The position numbers and the translations under genes are program-made. A stretch of DNA of 56,172 bases, filler included, from Catajapyx aquilonaris (Eukaryota), in NCBI GenBank assembly GCA_000934665.2. It is 2 parts of 2 records of this genome, joined end to end, with 100 filler letters (N's around TTAATTAATTAA, not from the genome) between each part and the next. Parts side by side here need not be neighbours in the genome. Positions count along the whole stretch, not along the records: positions 28,598 to 56,172 come from KZ539278.1; 1 more part is not named here. The stretch is one strand, 5' to 3'. The notes under the pieces were generated by a model that saw only the letters and a program-made list of their open reading frames with translations, made no database searches and was not told the DNA's origin. Shown in pieces: positions 49,501 through 56,172 of the stretch; position 1 is the stretch's first letter, and each line of letters begins with the position of its first letter.

Positions 49501-52240
49501 TGGATTGGTATGTAAATCCAGCCGCTTTTTTGCAACTCCAGGAAATCCCGGACTATTTATCAACTCGGTGACATTCAAAAGGTGGCTGAAAATTTTCATT
49601 GGGACCTTGCATAGGAAACGGAATCCAATCCAAAACGATCCGAGCTAGTCCCCAGACACTTTCCACCCAAGAGTTTGTGCTCCACCTTCGTTTCCGGATT
49701 CGATAAGACCAATGGCTTCTCTCCTTTTGCTCCGGCTCTCTCGGGCTGTGCCGTACGGCACTCCGGAATAATGAATCATGTACCGGCCGATAACACCGAG
49801 TTCCATTAAACCAGGACAAAATTTTCTGCTCCTCCAAGCTCAAGTGTTGGAAATAGGAGGGATTTAGGCCCTCCTCCGAAATGTGTCGGGGGGGAAAAAA
49901 AGATTGAATGAAATTGGAGGAGAGATTAAGATAGTGCTAAAAGTGCAGATGGCCCGCATAATTTGAGCATATCTGCACACCCAAAGAGTGCGAAAATCCT
50001 ATCAACACGGTGCGTTTTAATTGAAATATTTAAGAGGCCTCCGGACCTAGTTTGGTTATCGGGAATCAAACATGCAAGTTCCAATATTTATGTGAGCTTT
50101 TGGTCAGTCTACCCCCCCTCTGTTCCCCCCTTTCCCCCCCCCCCCCATTTTATTGAAATCTGGGATCGATAACCGGTATTTTCCGCTACATCGCCTCGAA
50201 TTGCCTTTTTATGGTATTGAACAGCAGCATCGTTTTCTTGGGCGCGGCAGCAGGGTTGGTTGGCAGCTTTCTTCCTCCTCCGGATTTCCCCGGGATAACA
50301 TGACAGGATCCGAATCGGAGCGCGTCAGACTCGATCTCAAACATACCCTTCGCGTCTTGATTCCCGGGACGTGAAATCCAGACGCATGGTCCCAAGATAT
50401 CCGGCGCGACATTAAAGAAACTCGGCCTTCCCAGTCTGACGACAGCCGAGTTTCCGCCTTAAGCCGATTATGCATCCGGACTATATTTGGTCAGGTCTCC
50501 CTTCTGGGAAAGGACTATATATATATTTTGTGATAAAATTTGTGATCGCATTTTTGGAGGGTTATGTATGCACCAATTTTGTGCAATGTACCGGTGGCTA
50601 AAACCGAGCTTTGCGCCTTTTTTCTACTGAAAGTCCGGTTTGAAAAAGGTCACGCAATTTCTGCTGGGGGACGCTTCTGGAGATTACCCGAAATTAACGG
50701 GTGACAACAGGCGCCCAGGAATGGTGATAATTTTTTGCAGCCTCTTCCCTCCTCTTCCCCACCCAGTACCCAGGACTTTAACCCGACTTTTGGCTCTGAA
50801 TGGGCCTGTGAGTGGAGCTCATCCGACCATGTGCAATCTGCAGTAAAAGGCCGCACTGCTTTTCCTGAGATTCCACTAGACTCCAGCACGCGTTACCTTC
50901 ATTCCTCCCTTACTACTATTCAAAGGCACCGCACCTTCTGACCGCAATTTGCGCCTCTCCTCTCGCCTTATTACATCGCGTCGCTAGCCAAGAAGAGAAC
51001 CCAACACCGTCCCATGCTTACAACTGCACTACTCCCCAAAAAATATTTTAAAAGTTGATGTATATGCAGTATACATATCCGCGGATATAGAAAAATAAAA
51101 TTCAGCCTGTATAGTATAAATAAAAGGCACAATTTACACATCGAGGTAATGAGCCATGACATCAATCGTAGCGAATAATCGTGTTGAATAAAATTTTCAT
51201 TTGGAGCAAATTACAAGCTATGATGATATTCCTAATGGCCCGAAATGGAAGCTAATTGTAATAAATGGCCGCATCTGTCAGCGCGCTTAAAGTTTGGCCT
51301 ACTGGCTGTTAAATTATGTGTAGGATAATATAGATAGTATAGGTTAACATTTACATGTCCGGCCCATGGCTGGTATAAACAGCAGTGTTTAAATCTGATC
51401 AATTTCTTACGGGGATTAATATCATTTGGGACTAGCTACTTGGTAAGAATTAATAGTTGATACGCAGAGGAACCTAGTCGATTAAACTAATCCCATGAGA
51501 AGTAAGGCCCGACCTTCGAGTGGATTGGTTCCTGCTACGTTGGCAAAATCTAATCCATTGCAAGCATGCAAAGTCCTATCCTTTTCCGGCGCTGCCAGAG
51601 ATTTTCTCATGTTGTTGTCAGGTGAAAACTCGGAACATGCAAATCAGCGTGAACAAGCGGCAGCGCGTTGTTAGCCGCGGATGATTTTCAAAACGCACAT
51701 TGTTGCCGTTGCAACCATGTTTTTTCCCCCTGTCTGCCAGGAAGGGGGGTGGGTCCGATAATTAAATGGATAATTAGTAGAAAGGTCAGGGACGGAATAC
51801 ATCGGCCGCCGCATTATGCTCAGTAAAATCAGCATTTGAGGCCAGTTCCACGCGTTGTGCTGCCATTATGATGAGTGCCATAATTTTTTAAAGCTCTACG
51901 TTCGCCCTAATAGCACCCATCCCAAAAAAACTGGGCCTCATCCCCTACTAACTAATTTTTTGAAATCTATTTTTACCGGTGCTCAGGTGAACTTTTCACA
52001 CAATTCCCTATGGCTTGCTATGGTTTCAGGTGCGCGACAGTAAGTCGATAACTTTTTTTTGTGTGTGTATATCCCCAGGTCCCTATACTCTACTCTTTTC
52101 TGTGGACAACTGCGATATTGAACGCGTCCTCTTTTGTCCCTTATTGCGTTACAGTGTCCCGGGGAACACCTGTGAACAAGCAGCAAAACTGCACTCTACA
52201 ATAATTAGGCACATGTTTAGTTTTTCGGGGGCCAACTCAC

Positions 52241-52310
52241 CTCGTGCTGGAACTGGCCGAAGTTGTGCCAACACCAAGAGCAGCATGCACAGCTGCATTC
52301 GGTGACCCAT
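52241..52310 (-). CDS. Putative first coding exon of a secreted or membrane protein (signal peptide MGHRMQLCMLLLVLAQLRPVPAR)
   Basis: Kozak accATGg, hydrophobic core and a consensus phase-1 donor AG|GTGAGT. Upstream acceptor cttcttttag (exon starts 52406) and a further donor G|GTGAGT at 52551. Confidence 0.6.
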
Positions 52311-52621
52311 GGTGTTTTTTTCCTTTCCTTTTTTTGGGAAAAAAGGGGGTGAGGGATGGGTTAGAGTTCCGGGTTGTCTCACGCCATCACCGACAACTCG
52401 GGGCTTCTAAAAGAAGAAGCGGTGGTCACTCACTCCCGAATTTTGTCAGCTTTTAAAATTGTCACATTTACCTGGCTGCTATCCGATGCATTCCACGCGT
52501 TACATGGTCCTTAGTTAAAGGTTGTGTGTTTAGGTCCGGTACCGCACTCACCGTGGTCCCGACCACGAACTAACCTGGCTCAAGAGCATGCCGGGACTGT
52601 CCATGGTCCCCGGTTGTGGGG

Positions 52622-52805
52622 CTTCTCTCTCTCTCTATTTCACGATCGTCTCTCTCTCTCTCTCTGGCTTCTCTCTCTCCCTCCCCCCTCTCTCTCTCTC
52701 GAAATCGCACCCCACCACTCTCTCTCTCTCTCCCCTCTCCCTCCCTCCCTCTCTCTCATGGCCCCCTCCAACCAACTCTCTCTGGATCTGTGCAACACAA
52801 CTGCG
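52622..52805 (-). promoter_or_regulatory. (GA)n-rich 5' region with an Inr-like GCAGTT, probable promoter/5'UTR of the signal-peptide gene
   Basis: Imperfect (CT)n microsatellite at 52622-52757 and GCAGTT at about 52804-52799 on the minus strand. Confidence 0.45.
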
Positions 52806-55800
52806 CCTGACAACGGCGCCGATCGCCAAAACTCCACCTCCTCCATTCCGCGTGTGGGGCAGACTAACCTACAATCCACATTTGGAAGCCGTGTTTTAGC
52901 TACGTGCTCGGATCCACTGATTTTTTTTTTTTTTGGGGGGGGGGCAGATAAAAAAGATGGGTTTCAATAAGGAAATGGGGAAAGGTCAATATTGCGTATC
53001 GTGCGTGCAGGAGTCATACACAGAATTGACATGCTTATGTGTAAATGATATTGGAGGAATTATATACATTAAAAATAGATGTTGGGTGATATTGTTGTCG
53101 ATATTGGTATTTTTCAGGAGTGAAATTTCTGGCGCCTGATTAGCAGGCGTTGTGCAGTGCAAAAGAAGCTGAATGGTTGCCTAGCAGGTCAGGATGAATA
53201 ATTTTCCCTTCAGACTTTTCCGTCGGGCAATAAGAGGCAGAGAGAAAGATATTCAACAGCTTATAATTATTGCACAGTAATTAAAATTTATAGTTACGTA
53301 TTTTTCTTTTTTTACATTGTCGCGATAGAGCGCTGCGCAAAATGTTCAAATGACCACAAAAATTAATTACTGAAATGGTGATTGCAGTTTTGGCATTATC
53401 TGGAGTGAATGAAACGAGAGTTTCATCATTTACTCACAAATCTATTTTCATGTTTGAGAAAACATTAGGCTGAAATTTTTCTCACTGTACATTACGCAAT
53501 CATAAAAGACACTGGAGCATGCGAGGAATTTTATAGATTAAAATGTGCACATGACATGATGCTACCTCTTCCGGAACATACATTTTTAATTATAAAATTA
53601 TTATCAGTCACATGCTCTATTTTCATTCATGATTGTGTATACTGGACAAAAAGTTACAAGATTATGAAACAAATTATTTTTCAAACATCAAATCTTTAAT
53701 TGATTAAATACTTTTTATGGTTTTCCATGGACATGCTAAAAAGGTAGCCGCCATTTTTTGACCAATTTGTGTAGCCTACTTGTAGTACTGTATTTATGAC
53801 ATACCGGTGTGCACAGAGCTAGTAGGCTATATATCGAGATATTTTCGCTGACCACTACAATTTTTTACAATTGATTTTTTAAGCATAGCCACTATTTAGA
53901 TTGACAGTGAGGTATTCACTCCTTAGGGCGCATTGTTAATATTGACCCACATTGACTGAATAAGCCCAGCAGGTAATAACTGTAAAAGGATGAGAATTTT
54001 TATCAATATTATCGTTTCAACGTACGGAAGGGGAAGTGTGTTTATGCTCTATTAACAGGTACAACATTCATCACAAAAATTTCCACGCCAGTGACTGGGT
54101 TTACCTACTGTAATATTATTCTCTCCATCAGGTATACACACAATTTCACCAAATGTGTGGTCGGATGTATTGTAAATATTAACTACGGGTTGCAAGGGTC
54201 TGCGAACCGTAATATAGTACAGTATTTGAGTCATTTTTATGGCAAAATTTGCAGCAACTGATTGTGATGATATGTGTAGAATAAAACTAATTTTATTCGG
54301 TTACTGTTATAAGACGTACACATAGTAATAATTAGTTTCGTGATGTAATTTGACAACAAGGTATATAACCACGAACTATTCATCTCTCTCTTGCAATAAT
54401 TACAGCAATATTACATGCGCAATTAAAATATGAAAACAATTAGGCGAACAATGCATAGTGGTTCAGATTACCTGGTCATGCTGTGTATAATGATGAGATC
54501 CTTTAATTTTTTATTAAGCACGAGCATAATTGTAGCTGTAAATGTATAAAAAAATACTCCTGTCGCATTTATAAACATCGGGCTCTGGTGAACTCGCACG
54601 GCAGTGTTGATACATGTACTGTACCCTGCCATGAAACAAACAATTGTGTTGTCAGGCCGCCGACCCTGCCTAGTTTTAAAATTAGTGTTGTTTCTCTGCT
54701 GGCGCACTCTACTTTTTACTGCATGGCGCAATGCAAAACATCAAAAAAAAATTTTTATATAAATGTGGGCTCTGGCTAATCACTCCTTTTTCTGCTCATC
54801 ACCACCCTAATTTTTTGAGGCCAAACCAAAAGCAAGGCTATTTGTTGTGATTTTTATTTTCTCGAAAAAAAGGGGGGAGATCGGTTTCCTGACCAGTTTT
54901 AAAACGAGTTGCCGAATCCGATCTCCCCTCAGCTTGTTTCTCGCCAACGTCCCCATACATCGGCGATACGGTCTCTTTTTCTGCCTTGCAGCTGGATTGC
55001 AGTTTTTCCACCACCACCACCCACCCTCACCTAACCCCCTCTTCCACCCCCCAACATCCCCGGCTTTTCAATCTGTTTTCCAATACCTAGCACGCATGAG
55101 GACCGGGAGTAATTCATTCTAGCCATCCCCATGAATAGCCTAGATGCAAGTCGTTAGCAAGGGCTTCGGCTCTTTGAAGCTACCCTATTACCCTGTGCAA
55201 CACACGTCCTCTCCTACCTCTGCCCCCCCCCCCTCATCACACTAACCCCCCACTCTTTTTTTCCAAACTGAACTCCCCCCCACACACACACCCATCCTCA
55301 CGTGTTCGTGCGTGCGAGCTTTATTCTTACCTAGTGAGGACACTACGTTCGAGTTGTCATTAGATTGCCAGTCATTAAACAGGAATAAGAGTAAAGGCCG
55401 TAGTGATCGATTTTCAACAGGTTATCAACACCATAAATAGGTGTAAAATCAGTCATACCTTCAGGTCAGGACTGAAGTGTCATACTATAGGAGACATCAT
55501 CTGCTCTACTATTAGCGCTAATATTATCTCAGTAACAAGTCTGCGGAGAGCGTAATCTCTTGCAGTAAAATGATACCGCGCCCTCGTAAATCATTCAATA
55601 ACTATGTCCGTATTGTTTCAATTACATTTCGGTAGCGTCCAAATTGGCAGTTGCATTATTTGGGTCATTGCAGTGAGTGCAGTGTCCTCCTAGAACTTGT
55701 CAACGTTTTTTCTCCCATGTACTGTATGCCTGCAGTACATTTATGGGGGGAAGTAGCAGAGGCGTGATTACTTGGAGCAAGCTTGTAAATATTACTAGGG

Positions 55801-56172
55801 GCTTGTTCTTGTGCCAATGTAAATTCCTGGGCAACGCACTACGAAAAGTTTGCCAGCCAGAAGAACTGCTCGTCGTATTTTTTTCCTATTTTACTTACTA
55901 TTTAAATCGAGGTTGTGAAATAGGACGCTAACCCTGCACGCGAATTTTTAAAAGTTGCAAATGTAAATGTGGCCCGGTTTATTTATTACTTGCTTCTTGG
56001 GTTGGCAGATATCATAACTTCTCCACAAGTCCGTGCCAGTGTTTTTTCCTACTCCACAGACGGTGGAATGTTATTGTACTTGCCCAACTGCATGGTAATT
56101 CGCTCACCCTGAACATTTGCACCATAGATGAGCAGAAACCCACCAATGCGCGAAATTATTGAAGACACAATG

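Noticed and set aside
52524..52970. Leu/Ser-rich and Arg/Glu-rich ORFs
   Set aside because: Translations of the (CT)n microsatellite.

Overview
Eukaryotic (animal, most likely arthropod) genomic DNA with spliceosomal introns and assembly gaps, so the ORF track is mostly noise. The left half (1-28.5 kb) is gene- and transposon-dense. It holds the probable 5' exons of a minus-strand gene running off the left edge, NOL9 (+), a complete 9-exon, 500-aa CYP2-clan cytochrome P450 (-) and RMC1/C18orf8 (+, 10 exons found, 3' end missing). RMC1 lies head-to-head with the P450 and has a clear U12-type (minor spliceosome) GT-AG intron. The introns carry nested mobile elements: Tc1/mariner, piggyBac-like, hAT, Harbinger-like and 4-bp-TSD (Sola-like) MITEs, plus two tRNA-derived SINE families, one with a V-SINE core. 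The right half (28.6-56 kb) is CpG-richer and nearly free of recognisable TEs or coding sequence. Its main signal is a minus-strand signal-peptide exon and GA-rich promoter at about 52.2-52.8 kb, suggesting the first intron of a large unidentified gene. All coordinates were read by eye; no database searches were run.
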